Part shown: positions 19,116 through 29,350 of the stretch, piece after piece
How the letters are laid out: the number at the start of each line of letters is the position of its first letter
How positions within the stretch are numbered: position 1 is the stretch's first letter
NCBI GenBank assembly: GCA_963678315.1
Contig: OY782781.1
Span: forward strand, 1,504,001-1,568,000
From: Candidatus Cloacimonadales bacterium
GTDB lineage: Bacteria > Cloacimonadota > Cloacimonadia > Cloacimonadales > JAFGVF01
DNA: 64,000 nucleotides
Direction of reading: 5' to 3'
The notes under the pieces: generated by a model
Databases searched by the model: none
Seen by the model: the letters and a program-made list of their open reading frames with translations, nothing else
What the model was told of the DNA's origin: nothing
Translations under genes and position numbers: made by a program

Positions 19116-21981
19116 TGATAAGTGTGTCTGTAGCTCTACCTACTACATCATCTGGATCTAGTGAAACTACTGCACTCATCTCTTTATTTTTCAATTCTCT
19201 AGTTAGGTTATCAACCCTTTCTATTAGCTTCTCCATCAGCCCAGAACCACCAGATACCGAGCCACCAGTAGCGTAAGCAAATCGTGGTACTGAAGGAACA
19301 GGACTAATTGAAATACTAGGAACATTAAATCCTTGTAAACGCTCTTTAATAGCTGATAATGGAGCATTGTTGATAAAGTCAAAGAAGCCAACCCCAAGCT
19401 CTCTTACACGTTGTTTTCTAGTGATATACTCATCACCTTCTAACTCTAAGACAACTCCACCATTTGCATGAGAAGGTCCTGCTAACAGGCCTGCATGGCC
19501 ACCAGTTTCAGCTTTTTGGTATTTAGTCTTTTCAATTCTTTTTACATTTATAAGTCCTGAAGCAATAGCAGCAGCTGCGGCTGCAGCTGCTAAAACAGGA
19601 GAGATACCTGCTAAAGATTTATAAGCAGCGTTAGCTGAAGCGAAAGTGTCAACAGTAGCTTGTGCCATTGCAAGAGCTTTCCATGTCTTAAAACCACTTT
19701 TACCAAATGAATTAGCTACAGTTGCTAGGTTGCCAAAGAAGTTTCTAGTATTCTTTATCCCTTTTTGAAATTCAGCTTCTTGCTTTTGAGTTTTCTGTTT
19801 GCTTATAACTTCAGTAACTCTCGCAATAGCCTGAGCTTTGGTTCTTTCTATCTCTTCTTCAGTCATTCCATTGGCTATTAAGCTCTCGTGCTTGCGTTCA
19901 AAGTACCTGTTTATAGCTCTAAGTTGTGAATTAAGCTGTGCCTGTAATGGATCTTCTTTTGCTAACTGCATTTGTTTAAACTCGAAAAAATCTTCTTCTT
20001 GCTGTCTCAATTTAGCATTCTTACTTCTAGTTTCTCTAGCTATTTCATGATTATGATTTCTAACTGCATCAATCTCTTTCTGTCTGTATGTCTCTCTAAT
20101 ATTGGAAAGAGTCTCTTCTGAAGCATTTAAATTCATTGCTTCTTGCAATTTGGCATCTCTTTCTATCTCAAGAGATTTCTTAATACGTTCCAACTCATTA
20201 TCTATCTTTGCTAAACTAAACTCGTTTTCTAAGGCTGTTAAAGAGACTATTCTCTGCTTTTCTTTAGCTTCATTCGCTATCCTTTCTTGTTCTTTTCTAG
20301 CTTCTTCAATTTGATTTCTTGCCTTTTCTCTTTCTGAAATATCATTTTCTAGTTGAAGTATCTGAGAATATAGCTCTTTCTTTCTCTCAAGCTTCTCCTC
20401 ATCTAATTCAGCAATAGCATCATACTCTTTTTTAGCTTCACTTAGTTTATGCTTGGCAAGCTCTATATCATTCATCAAAGCTAATTGGTCTTCGTTCTTC
20501 TTCCATTCATTAAAGATTTCTTCTGCTTCTTGCTTATTCTTATTATGCTCTGATATTTGCTTTTCTATTTCTTGATTTTGTTTTTCTAAAGCCTTTCTTT
20601 TAGCAATCAAATCAGAGATCTCTCTATTTTTCGCTGGTATATAAATATCTTGAGTTGAATCGTATTTCATTCTCCTCTTTTCATCTTGAGCTTTATTGAT
20701 AAGCTTTTCTAATCTCAATATCTCTTCTAGGTTCTTTTGCTTATCTGCTTCTAGGGTGTTTTTGTTAAATTCTTTAACTTCTTTATTATAGTCTTTTAAC
20801 TGCTCAGTACCCTCTGTTAACTTAGCATTCAATTCTTCTTGAGCATCTCCTAAATCTTCAGAAGATAAAGCCCAAGTACCAACACCAACTGCAGCAGCTA
20901 ATGCTAATGCTCCCCAGTTACCTGACAAAGCAGCTCCTATTGCTAGAGCTGTATTTAATGCTATCTGCTTAATCTTGATAGCAACTAAAGCAACTCCTAA
21001 AGCCATCAATCCTGCTACCATGGCTTTAGTTAACTCTGGATGTTTATTCATTAACTCAATAGCATTGCCTAACACAGAAACAAAAGGTCTCAATGCTGTT
21101 TTTAGCACATCTCCAAACTTCTCCTGGATATCACCTAATTGTGCTGATAGCTTTTCATAAGTTCCTACTCCTGATTTAGCTTGCTCTTTGGTCATCTCAA
21201 AACCATCGGCCATAGCTTTTTGTAATATTGCCATCTTCTCTGCTTCTGTTTCAGCAGTCCTAAGTGCAGGAATATATCTCTGTAATTGTGTATAATTACC
21301 CTCATAAGCTAACGCTATCCCCTTCAAAGCAGTCTCTTGGGATAATCCTACCTTCTCATACATTTTAGCTAAACCAATTGATCCTTGTAGAGATTCTTGC
21401 ATTTTCTCAGATGCTACTCCCATGTTAGTTGCAAGAGTAATAAGCATCATTGATTGTTCATCACCAACATTAGTAAGCTCTTGAGTTTTAACAGCAACTT
21501 GAATCAAATTTTGATAATATTCTTTAGAATATAAATTCTTTTGTTTTAAACTATTAATAAGATCTTGTTCTGCTATTTCCTGCTGATTACTAGCTGTAAC
21601 TAGACCACCTATTTTGTTAGCAACCATTGAATATACTTGAATCATCCCACTAAGAGCTAAACCAACCTGTGCAAGCTGACCTAATAATTGCTCTGAATTG
21701 AAATTAATAAAGAAATTCTTTTTGTCAGGAATCTCATCAACGCTCTCTTTAGCTTCTTCAGCTCCAGATACTGCTTCACTTGCATCTGCTGAAATAGTCG
21801 TCTCTACATCAGAAATGCCCTCCATTTCTCCTTCAAGATCAGCTATTTGAGATTCAGCATTACTGCTATCTATATCAATGTGGAAAGGTTTATTCAAAGC
21901 CTTTAAAATAGCATTGAGTTTAGATTCTAATATAACTAATGGCTTAGTATCTATAACTAACTTAAAATTCAAATCTGCCAT
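19072..21981 (-). CDS. Tail tape measure protein
   Basis: 969 aa, Ala/Leu-rich hydrophobic stretches, long coiled coil, C-terminal GPSHANGG and YATGG motifs. Confidence 0.88.
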   Translation of the reverse strand: MADLNFKLVIDTKPLVILESKLNAILKALNKPFHIDIDSSNAESQIADLEGEMEGISDVETTISADASEAVSGAEEAKESVDEIPDKKNFFINFNSEQLLGQLAQVGLALSGMIQVYSMVANKIGGLVTASNQQEIAEQDLINSLKQKNLYSKEYYQNLIQVAVKTQELTNVGDEQSMMLITLATNMGVASEKMQESLQGSIGLAKMYEKVGLSQETALKGIALAYEGNYTQLQRYIPALRTAETEAEKMAILQKAMADGFEMTKEQAKSGVGTYEKLSAQLGDIQEKFGDVLKTALRPFVSVLGNAIELMNKHPELTKAMVAGLMALGVALVAIKIKQIALNTALAIGAALSGNWGALALAAAVGVGTWALSSEDLGDAQEELNAKLTEGTEQLKDYNKEVKEFNKNTLEADKQKNLEEILRLEKLINKAQDEKRRMKYDSTQDIYIPAKNREISDLIAKRKALEKQNQEIEKQISEHNKNKQEAEEIFNEWKKNEDQLALMNDIELAKHKLSEAKKEYDAIAELDEEKLERKKELYSQILQLENDISEREKARNQIEEARKEQERIANEAKEKQRIVSLTALENEFSLAKIDNELERIKKSLEIERDAKLQEAMNLNASEETLSNIRETYRQKEIDAVRNHNHEIARETRSKNAKLRQQEEDFFEFKQMQLAKEDPLQAQLNSQLRAINRYFERKHESLIANGMTEEEIERTKAQAIARVTEVISKQKTQKQEAEFQKGIKNTRNFFGNLATVANSFGKSGFKTWKALAMAQATVDTFASANAAYKSLAGISPVLAAAAAAAAIASGLINVKRIEKTKYQKAETGGHAGLLAGPSHANGGVVLELEGDEYITRKQRVRELGVGFFDFINNAPLSAIKERLQGFNVPSISISPVPSVPRFAYATGGSVSGGSGLMEKLIERVDNLTRELKNKEMSAVVSLDPDDVVGRATDTLINDKSESGSKKKARW

Positions 21982-21999
21982 ATCTTCTTCCTCTTTCTC

Positions 22000-22427
22000 T
22001 TAACTGCTGTCTCTATCTTCACAGTACTTTGATAACAAGTATACTGCCTCATCAAGTTCAATATCTTCATCCCACAAACCTGTTTGCTTTAGTGAATAAA
22101 TGTAGTCTAAGAAGACGCTATCGTTTGCATACTCGCCTTTAGCATGTCCACTACTGATTTTGGCAAGAACTCTACTATATCTGTAAAAAAAGAAGAGATA
22201 ATCTCCTTTACTTCTGATAAGGGCATAGTCTCAAAATCAACTGAATCATTTCTTGTAATAGCTTGTAAAAACTCTATTAATTTGTTGTTATCAAGTAGTT
22301 CATTTAATAAACTTGATACTTTGATATCTTTATCAATAGAACCATCAATAACTAACCTTCCTAAACCAACTTCACTTAAAATTCTCTTAGTCTCTTTCAA
22401 TGTTTTTATGTTTGTATATACCTTCAT
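22000..22427 (-). CDS. Tail assembly chaperone G (22107-22427) with probable -1 frameshift product GT ending at 22000
   Basis: Directly upstream of the tape measure gene; T-TTT-TTT slippery site at 22191-22185; -1 frame open to TAA at 22002-22000. Confidence 0.7.
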
Positions 22428-22471
22428 TATTCCTCCAATCTTCCAGGTCAGCAGGCCTAAGCCTGCATCCC

Positions 22472-23239
22472 TTAGTAATTTTTGATTATAATCTCAGTCT
22501 TAGCTTTTACTTCTCCTGATAGAGAGTATTTTGTTTCAACTTCTGAAATCTCATAATCCTTATATAAGTCTCGTATATATGGATGATCATTATATGATAA
22601 GAGCCACTTTCCTTTCACCTGTCCAAGTACTTCTCTTAGTTCATCATGAAGATTAAACTCCTTTATATCATCTCTGATATAAACATCTTCCTTCTCATAA
22701 TAAGGAGGATCTAGATAGAAGAAGCTAAAGTCTCTATCATACTTTGTTATCACTTTCTCGAAACTTAAGTTATCAATAACAACATCTTGCAATCTCTCAG
22801 AAGCTTTCATCACCTTATCATAGTTAAACAAAGGAATCTTCTTCTTGCCACCTCTAACAGCAAAATGACTTGAAAGACTACCAAAAGAACATGCTAACTT
22901 GTAGTAGAAAAACACTGCCCTTTCTAGTTCTGTTCTAGGTCTCATTACTAAAAGATCTTTAAATATCTCTCTAGATGCTACATATTGATCTAATTCTTTA
23001 TGAAATGCGTCTGGATGAAACTTAATGTGTCTCCAGAAGTTAATCAAATCACCATTAATGTCATTAAAGACTTCTTTGTAATTTGGTTTCGAACTAATTC
23101 TCCAATCATGGGCATTACCACCCTTTGCAAATAAAATCCAACCTGCTCCACCAAATGGCTCACAGTAAATGTTGTGCTTAGGTATCAATGGAATAATCTG
23201 TTTCCTTAACAGTCTTTTTCCACCAACCCAACCAATTAT
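22472..23239 (-). CDS. DNA adenine methyltransferase (Dam/D12 class); start codon uncertain
   Basis: In-frame WVGGK upstream of the tracked TTG; EPFGGAG, NDINGDL, FYLDPPY and LLSYND motifs. Confidence 0.85.
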   Translation of the reverse strand: MIGWVGGKRLLRKQIIPLIPKHNIYCEPFGGAGWILFAKGGNAHDWRISSKPNYKEVFNDINGDLINFWRHIKFHPDAFHKELDQYVASREIFKDLLVMRPRTELERAVFFYYKLACSFGSLSSHFAVRGGKKKIPLFNYDKVMKASERLQDVVIDNLSFEKVITKYDRDFSFFYLDPPYYEKEDVYIRDDIKEFNLHDELREVLGQVKGKWLLSYNDHPYIRDLYKDYEISEVETKYSLSGEVKAKTEIIIKNY

Positions 23240-23269
23240 ACTACTTTGAAATGTCTTCTTTACCTCTTA

Positions 23270-23623
23270 TTATTTATTATACAACCAGGTTCTTACTCCT
23301 GGTTTTATATCTACATGAATAAAATCTTCACCTATCCCGAACCGTTCAAACCCAGCCATTACAAGAGCTATCAAGATTCTTCCTCTAGTCTCTTTATTTA
23401 CTGCTATATCTGCAGCCTTACCAAGCAAGTGCTGAGAATGACTTCCTCCACCTACTGTTTTATTATGAGCTTTACACCTACAGCCAGATGTTACTCTGAA
23501 TGGCACTTTTGCCATACTCCTAGCTCTATCTAACTTATACAAAAGCTCCTGGTCTATATCATCAAATCCACATCCACACTTGCATGCAAATTCACTCTTT
23601 CTAAAATACTTTGCCTTATACAT
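23270..23623 (-). CDS. Peptidase M15A-type endolysin
   Basis: EFACKCGCG, TSGCRC..HN..VGG, SQHLLGKAADI and FIHVD motifs. Confidence 0.88.
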   Translation of the reverse strand: MYKAKYFRKSEFACKCGCGFDDIDQELLYKLDRARSMAKVPFRVTSGCRCKAHNKTVGGGSHSQHLLGKAADIAVNKETRGRILIALVMAGFERFGIGEDFIHVDIKPGVRTWLYNK

Positions 23624-23738
23624 ATACCCTCTTTAATATAGGGGCAGACCTTACTTGCCTGCCCTTATTACTAATAGTTATAAATCTTTAATTTATCAGT
23701 GTTTATCTGTGATATCCGTGGCTTTATTCAATTATCCC

Positions 23739-24173
23739 TTAAAAAAGCTTCTTAGCCAAGCCACTAGCAAGTGCCTTTATCCCAGAAGTAGCAAGCCCAG
23801 TTCCTAAGTCTTTAAGCCATTTAGAACCATCTTTTTCTCCTGTCTTCTTAGCCTCTTTCGTGACTGTATTATATATAGATTGTACAGGATCATTAGTTGC
23901 TAGTTTCTTAGATAGTAATGCTAATTCTGCTTGAGAAGTGAACCTTCTAACATGCTTCTCTGCAATTTTCTTTGCATCTGCAGGATTAGTAGCTCTTGCT
24001 CCACCTGCTATAATACCTTCCAATATTGTGCTTATTGTAGGGTAAATTGAGTCAAATTTGATTACTTTCTTTCTTACTAAGTAAACAACAACTTGAATAA
24101 GAATTGTACCTAAAACTCCTAGTGTCATCATAAATTCAGGAATCTGAGTCCATTGTGTCCATAGTTCAGCCAT
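23739..24173 (-). CDS. Putative holin / membrane protein
   Basis: N-terminal transmembrane helix; directly upstream of the endolysin. Confidence 0.4.
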   Translation of the reverse strand: MAELWTQWTQIPEFMMTLGVLGTILIQVVVYLVRKKVIKFDSIYPTISTILEGIIAGGARATNPADAKKIAEKHVRRFTSQAELALLSKKLATNDPVQSIYNTVTKEAKKTGEKDGSKWLKDLGTGLATSGIKALASGLAKKLF

Positions 24174-24314
24174 CTATCCTCCGATTTATTTGGTACGCAA
24201 AACCCTTTAGTCCGGCTGCTGCCGGAATCTTGGTTGCCTTTTATTGTGTTGCATTCATCTTGAATGCGAGTCTTCATACTGGGAACGCTGGCTGCTAGCC
24301 GGCTTAATTCTTAA

Positions 24315-24509
24315 TTACCCCAATATCAACTTTATAGTACCAGCCACAACTGCTGATGTCATTACTCCGGTTATCCAAGTAAGCATGGTAAGCTTAGTCT
24401 CTATTCTGCTAATTCGCTCTAAAAGACCAGCTCTACCGTTGCCATATAATATCTTCTTAATGTTGCTTACTTCACTTTCTAGTATTTGGTGGTGCTCGCA
24501 TCTTTCCAT
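24315..24509 (-). CDS. Small coiled-coil protein with C-terminal TM helix (holin-like)
   Basis: LYGNG..GL..R...IE followed by a hydrophobic helix; in the lysis region. Confidence 0.5.
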   Translation of the reverse strand: MERCEHHQILESEVSNIKKILYGNGRAGLLERISRIETKLTMLTWITGVMTSAVVAGTIKLILG

Positions 24510-24517
24510 CGTTCAAC

Positions 24518-25063
24518 CTATACTCCTGATTTCTCAGGAATACCTTTGATAATGAAGTATTTATCCCCACTAGGACCTGAGTATTCTGTGGAAATTGTAG
24601 CGTTATAGAGTCCATTAAACTCATTAGATCGCTCATAACTCCATCTCAAACCATTGAAAATAAGAACATTTGATTTATCAGCTGACCATAATACTATCGT
24701 TCTTGCAATATCATTGAGTTCTGTTTCCAGAAAGTCCTTACGTTCTTGAGTAAGACCGATCAAAGTCAGCTCAACTGTGTTAGTTCTCTTACCTTCAATG
24801 ATATAGTTTGATGTCTTAAGCTTTTCAACCTTAGATTCTTCCTTACCAGGCTTTTCACCTAAATCAGACAGTTCATCAAAATTTGAATTTAAAAAAGCTT
24901 CAAATTCAGTCTGTCCAAGAATAACTTCAGGAGGTACATCTGCTAATGATCCAAATGCTCCATCGCCTATCCAACAAGAACCATGTCTAAATGATGCAAG
25001 TTGCTCATTAAAGTCTATTACTGGTCTATCTAAATTTGGTTTATTAGGTACTGTTCCAGCCAT
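24518..25063 (-). CDS. Probable major tail tube protein
   Basis: 181 aa, between capsid and tail chaperone/tape measure genes; beta-rich. Confidence 0.5.
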   Translation of the reverse strand: MAGTVPNKPNLDRPVIDFNEQLASFRHGSCWIGDGAFGSLADVPPEVILGQTEFEAFLNSNFDELSDLGEKPGKEESKVEKLKTSNYIIEGKRTNTVELTLIGLTQERKDFLETELNDIARTIVLWSADKSNVLIFNGLRWSYERSNEFNGLYNATISTEYSGPSGDKYFIIKGIPEKSGV

Positions 25064-25074
25064 AATCTACCTCC

Positions 25075-25986
25075 TTAGCTTGGGTCTGCTGTTGTTTTAT
25101 CAGAAATTTGATAAACCCAAGTATCTTCCAACTTAGCTCTACCAAAGGTTCTGTAAGGAACATATCTATCACTTGTTGCCAGGTCATTGGTACTTGATAG
25201 AGTTTCCATGAGTTGATTACCAAACATGAAGCAATATTCATGACCAAAGATAACAGGAGTAGAATCATTTTTAGCTGCTGTAGAATTAATAGCACCAGCC
25301 TTATCTACTTGAGGAATGTGATTTAAAAGAATCACATCAAAACCTAACAATCTACCAATGAAACCGTTAGGGATTGGCATCTTGCTTTGCTGTCCAATTT
25401 TATCAGCTGAAATAAACTGATCAATTTTATACAATTGACTTTCATGATCTGGACCGATAAAGCAGAATCTCTTGTCAGTAGGTGCTTTAGCTTTGTTGAG
25501 TTTAAGTCTAGCAGCAATGAAATCATCAATAGTGATTTTGTTAGCAGTAGTCGCATGACCAGCAAAGTCTAATTTCGCACCTGCAGGAATAGCTCCAATA
25601 AGAGCAGTTAAGATGTTGATATCTTCTTTTTCTAAGATATTGTTAGCACCATCAGCAGACTTCTCTTTCAAGGTCTTAACTGTTGTTTGAGCATCTAAAT
25701 CTCTTTGAACAAGAAATGGATTACCAACCTTTTGATCTACTGTTAAATCTTTAGAACCAGATGTAGAACCAGATGGAGCTTCAAACTCACCACCAACAGC
25801 CACTACTTGACCAGATTCAGTTGTAATATAAGGAACATGGATTGTCTTCAATCCTTTCTTTGCAAACTTAGAAACATCATATAGATAGCTCATTGCATAT
25901 CTAGTGTTTGTCTTCTTTCTCTTGATAGCATTAAGAGTCTCTGTAGTGACTAAATCACCATAAATAGTATTTGTAGCTTGTGCCAT
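25075..25986 (-). CDS. Major capsid protein
   Basis: Follows the Clp protease; ARLKLNKAKAP..KR and GFIGRLLGFDV resemble HK97-fold capsids; high-expression codon bias. Confidence 0.8.
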   Translation of the reverse strand: MAQATNTIYGDLVTTETLNAIKRKKTNTRYAMSYLYDVSKFAKKGLKTIHVPYITTESGQVVAVGGEFEAPSGSTSGSKDLTVDQKVGNPFLVQRDLDAQTTVKTLKEKSADGANNILEKEDINILTALIGAIPAGAKLDFAGHATTANKITIDDFIAARLKLNKAKAPTDKRFCFIGPDHESQLYKIDQFISADKIGQQSKMPIPNGFIGRLLGFDVILLNHIPQVDKAGAINSTAAKNDSTPVIFGHEYCFMFGNQLMETLSSTNDLATSDRYVPYRTFGRAKLEDTWVYQISDKTTADPS

Positions 25987-27047
25987 TATCTATTGTCCTC
26001 CATGTACTTGTTTTTGAGTCTTTCATACTCTTCAGGATTAGTCTTTAACAAGTTAGTAGCAGCTTCTGGATCTTCAATGAGCTTATCAAAAGTCATTTCT
26101 CCATTAGCTTCTGGATTACCTGAATTTGTGATATCAACTTCATTCAATAAAGCCTTGCTTTTTAATCCTTCATTTGCTTTAACAAACTCTTCAAAAAGAG
26201 TCTCTTCTTTAGCAATCAAAGTACTTGCAAAAGCCTTTTGAGAAGGTGCAATCTTACCTTCTGCAATTGCTTGAATAATCTTTGCTTCTCTTGCATCAGC
26301 AATTAGCTTCTCATTTTCTTTACGCAACACTTCATTCTCATCTGCAATCTTTGCAAATTTAGCATTAATAGCATCAATCTTAACAACTGCTTCAGTCTCT
26401 GATTTAACACCTAATGCCTTCAATATTTCTTCCATACTGCCCTCCATTGGATTTTGGTTGTTCTTTATAAAATTTAAATATTCTACGTTATCTTCAAATT
26501 GATTTACAAAATAGTTCTTAACAGGAACATTTGGAATAATGCTTGAGATAAACCCCTTATCTAAAGCATCTTGAGCAGAAAGCCAAGTCTCTTTATCCAT
26601 CAAGTCGCTTATCTCTTCTGCTGATAAATTACTATGACTAGCATAAATATTTACAAGTTGCTCTTTTATCTGATCTAACAAACCAGCAGTCTTCTTTAGT
26701 TCTTCAGAATCTCCTGTAATGCTAATTAATGGATTGTGAATCATATACATGCTGTTTTCTGACATCTCTACACTATCTCCAGCTAATGCTATAATTGATG
26801 CCATTGATGCTGCAATCCCTTCTATAATTGTTTTAACAGACCCAGAATGCCCTCTGAGTACATTGTATATTGCTAATCCATCAAAAACTTGCCCTCCTGG
26901 TGAGTTAAGATGCAAAATTATATCACCACTTATTGCTTTGATTTCCTTAGCAAAAGCCTTTGCTGTTGTTCCCCAAAAGCCTATCTCATCATAAATATAT
27001 ACATCAGTATGACTGGCTTGATTTACTATCTTATACCACTTTTTCAT
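25986..27047 (-). CDS. ClpP-type prohead protease with C-terminal scaffold
   Basis: IYDEIG, LNSPGG.VFDG.AIYN, GIAASMAS, MIHNP and ETWLSA motifs. Confidence 0.92.
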   Translation of the reverse strand: MKKWYKIVNQASHTDVYIYDEIGFWGTTAKAFAKEIKAISGDIILHLNSPGGQVFDGLAIYNVLRGHSGSVKTIIEGIAASMASIIALAGDSVEMSENSMYMIHNPLISITGDSEELKKTAGLLDQIKEQLVNIYASHSNLSAEEISDLMDKETWLSAQDALDKGFISSIIPNVPVKNYFVNQFEDNVEYLNFIKNNQNPMEGSMEEILKALGVKSETEAVVKIDAINAKFAKIADENEVLRKENEKLIADAREAKIIQAIAEGKIAPSQKAFASTLIAKEETLFEEFVKANEGLKSKALLNEVDITNSGNPEANGEMTFDKLIEDPEAATNLLKTNPEEYERLKNKYMEDNR

Positions 27048-27131
27048 AAAAGGCCCTCCTTTAATTATCCATTCTCCATTCTAAATTAACTAGTGCCACT
27101 ATATCATACTTATAATATAAAATCTTAAATC

Positions 27132-27148
27132 GTACTGATTTTCAGTAC
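27132..27148. promoter_or_regulatory. Palindrome in the divergent late intergenic region (candidate activator site)
   Basis: GTACTGA-TTT-TCAGTAC. Confidence 0.35.
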
Positions 27149-27327
27149 TTTTTTTAAGAAATTATCATTCTTATGTTATCATGACACTGACTGGGAACGC
27201 TCGGCTGCTAGCCGGCTCTTCAAAAACTGGGAACGCTCGGCTGCTAGCCGGCTCTTACTGGATTGCATTTATTCGAGAAAATGTGTTCAATCTTAGACAT
27301 AAAATAAAAAAATAAATAGGAGTCATA

Positions 27328-27735
27328 ATGCTAAACTTACTCTTCGAAAATCTTATAACGAAACTAAAAGATATGTCTGTAGAGACTAATGACACACCTC
27401 TCTTCAAACAGGTCGAACCCTACGAAGGTCAATTTGATAACATATCTGAATACCTTCTTCTCCCTCCATCTGCCTTTGTTGAACTGTCTGATGGTGGACC
27501 AAATCAAGAAGGACGTCAAAATACTCTCACATCATCAGTTGCAATCTATGTCACTACTGATCACATCAAAGGAAATAAACCTACTGCTATGTTTAATATC
27601 ATAGACCAACTTCGCAAACAGCTTAATAAACAATGTCTAGGCAATGGATTCTTAAAGTTTGATGGTTATCAAAGACTTGCTATCTTCCCAGGCTTTATTA
27701 CCTATCAGGTTAATTTTCAACATGAAGAAATGTAA
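27328..27735 (+). CDS. Mu gp37-like tail completion protein
   Basis: VEPYEGQF..PSAFV pattern; adjacent to gp36-like gene. Confidence 0.55.
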   Translation: MLNLLFENLITKLKDMSVETNDTPLFKQVEPYEGQFDNISEYLLLPPSAFVELSDGGPNQEGRQNTLTSSVAIYVTTDHIKGNKPTAMFNIIDQLRKQLNKQCLGNGFLKFDGYQRLAIFPGFITYQVNFQHEEM

Positions 27736-27810
27736 CATTTACTGGGAACGCTCGGCTGCTAGCCGGCTTCTTCATCCGTGGCTAAATAAAATTAAAAAAA
27801 GGAGCAAATT

Positions 27811-28191
27811 ATGTACGGAAATATTGACCAACTAAAATCCTCTTTCGGCTCTAAACAAGACCTCCTCCTTCAAGGAGTTACAGACCAAGAATTAACTGAG
27901 ATACTACAATCTCAATCAGATTATATCGATGGTTTCCTCCAGGTAAGGTACAATCTACCTTTAGAGAATTCTAACCCGATTATAAACAAGATTTGCATTG
28001 ATTTAAGCAAGGCAGAAACTTATAGAATGTACGCTTCTAATGACCTTCCTGATGCAATCAAATCACAAGAGAAACAAGCACTAAAAGATCTTCTCAGCAT
28101 TCAAAAAGGAAATTTACTTATTCTTCCTGAACAAGCAGATGAAGATGATATTGTTTCAAGACCAACATATTTTAAAGAGTGGTTACAATGA
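27811..28191 (+). CDS. Mu gp36-like (DUF1320) head-tail adaptor
   Basis: IDGFLQVRYNLPL...ICIDL...ALKDLLSIQKG pattern. Confidence 0.85.
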   Translation: MYGNIDQLKSSFGSKQDLLLQGVTDQELTEILQSQSDYIDGFLQVRYNLPLENSNPIINKICIDLSKAETYRMYASNDLPDAIKSQEKQALKDLLSIQKGNLLILPEQADEDDIVSRPTYFKEWLQ

Positions 28192-28676
28192 CAAAAGATA
28201 AGCTAATGAAGTCAATAGGAATATTGATTTCTAATAAGATAAAACAACGCATCAGGTCTGGTAAAGTACAGCCACAAACTAACAAGACCAATGGCAAGAA
28301 AACGCTCAATGAATCTGGCAGATTGTGGAGATCAATAACATATAAAATAAAAGGAAATACTATTATTGTAGGTACTAATGTTAAGTATGCAAAGATACAC
28401 CATTTTGGTGGCACTATCTTCCCTAAAAAAGCTAAGTATCTAGCAATCCCTTTAACTCCTGCAGCTAAAGTAAAGTCTCCGAGAGACTGGGAAAACACTT
28501 TTATAAAAAAAGGGATTATATTCAGAAATCTGGATAATGGCAATGTTGAAGCTCTGTATGCTTTAAAGAAGTCTGTTAAAATCCCTGCTAGACCTTACAT
28601 GTTCATTGATAACAAAGATAAAACTCTAATTCAAAATCAAATCATCAAATTCTATGAATCTAAAATTAAACAGTAG
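28179..28676 (+). CDS. Virion morphogenesis protein (Mu gpG-like)
   Basis: LNESGRLWRSI, VGTNVKYAKIHHFGG and IPARPYM motifs. Confidence 0.9.
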   Translation: MVTMTKDKLMKSIGILISNKIKQRIRSGKVQPQTNKTNGKKTLNESGRLWRSITYKIKGNTIIVGTNVKYAKIHHFGGTIFPKKAKYLAIPLTPAAKVKSPRDWENTFIKKGIIFRNLDNGNVEALYALKKSVKIPARPYMFIDNKDKTLIQNQIIKFYESKIKQ

Positions 28677-28765
28677 CTTGGGAGTGTAACCATCCCTGGT
28701 TACGCTATTATTCTCTTCTTATCTGTGTTATCCGTGGCAAAAAAAATAAACAAAGGAAGGCATTC

Positions 28766-29242
28766 ATGGCATATAAACGAGCTATCAAAGAACAAGCAAA
28801 ACAACTCTATGTTATCGAGGGTAAAAAGATAGATGTTATTGCTAATATCTTATCTGTACCAAGCCAAACCCTCTACAACTGGAAGACAAAATATGAATGG
28901 GATAGAGCTATTAAAACAGCTGGAAATATAGGCTTATCAATCGAACTAGTTAAAGGCTTACAAGATGAAATATCAAAAGCAATAGCTCAAGGTAAGCTTT
29001 CTGACCCTAAAACAGCCGATGCTCTCTGCAAATTAGTAGGCATAGTTGAAAAAGTAACACCCGGAAAGGTCATGCTTTCCAATATTTTCAACATGTTAGA
29101 GGATATTACTCACTGTATTCAACGCAAACTAGGAGATGATGTCTTTCTTAATCTCTGGGGTAAGTATCTACCAGAAATAGCTGAAGAATTAAGAAGCAAA
29201 TATTCTCCAGATAATACCCTTAGCAGGATGAACAATGACTAA
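28766..29242 (+). CDS. Terminase small subunit-like (DUF1804/HTH)
   Basis: AKQLYV...TLYNWK..YEWD helix-turn-helix; precedes the large terminase. Confidence 0.7.
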   Translation: MAYKRAIKEQAKQLYVIEGKKIDVIANILSVPSQTLYNWKTKYEWDRAIKTAGNIGLSIELVKGLQDEISKAIAQGKLSDPKTADALCKLVGIVEKVTPGKVMLSNIFNMLEDITHCIQRKLGDDVFLNLWGKYLPEIAEELRSKYSPDNTLSRMNND

Positions 29243-29350
29243 CACAGGGAACGCTGATCCGATGCATGTCCGGCTACTGCCGGATGCCGGCTCTCACTGG
29301 GAACGCTGGCTGCTAGCCGGCTTAACCTTAAACTAAAATAAGGATTAACT

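Noticed and set aside
27190..27252. Tandem 27-bp palindromic repeats as a CRISPR array
   Set aside because: Only two adjacent copies with a 9-bp gap; other copies are dispersed; no cas genes
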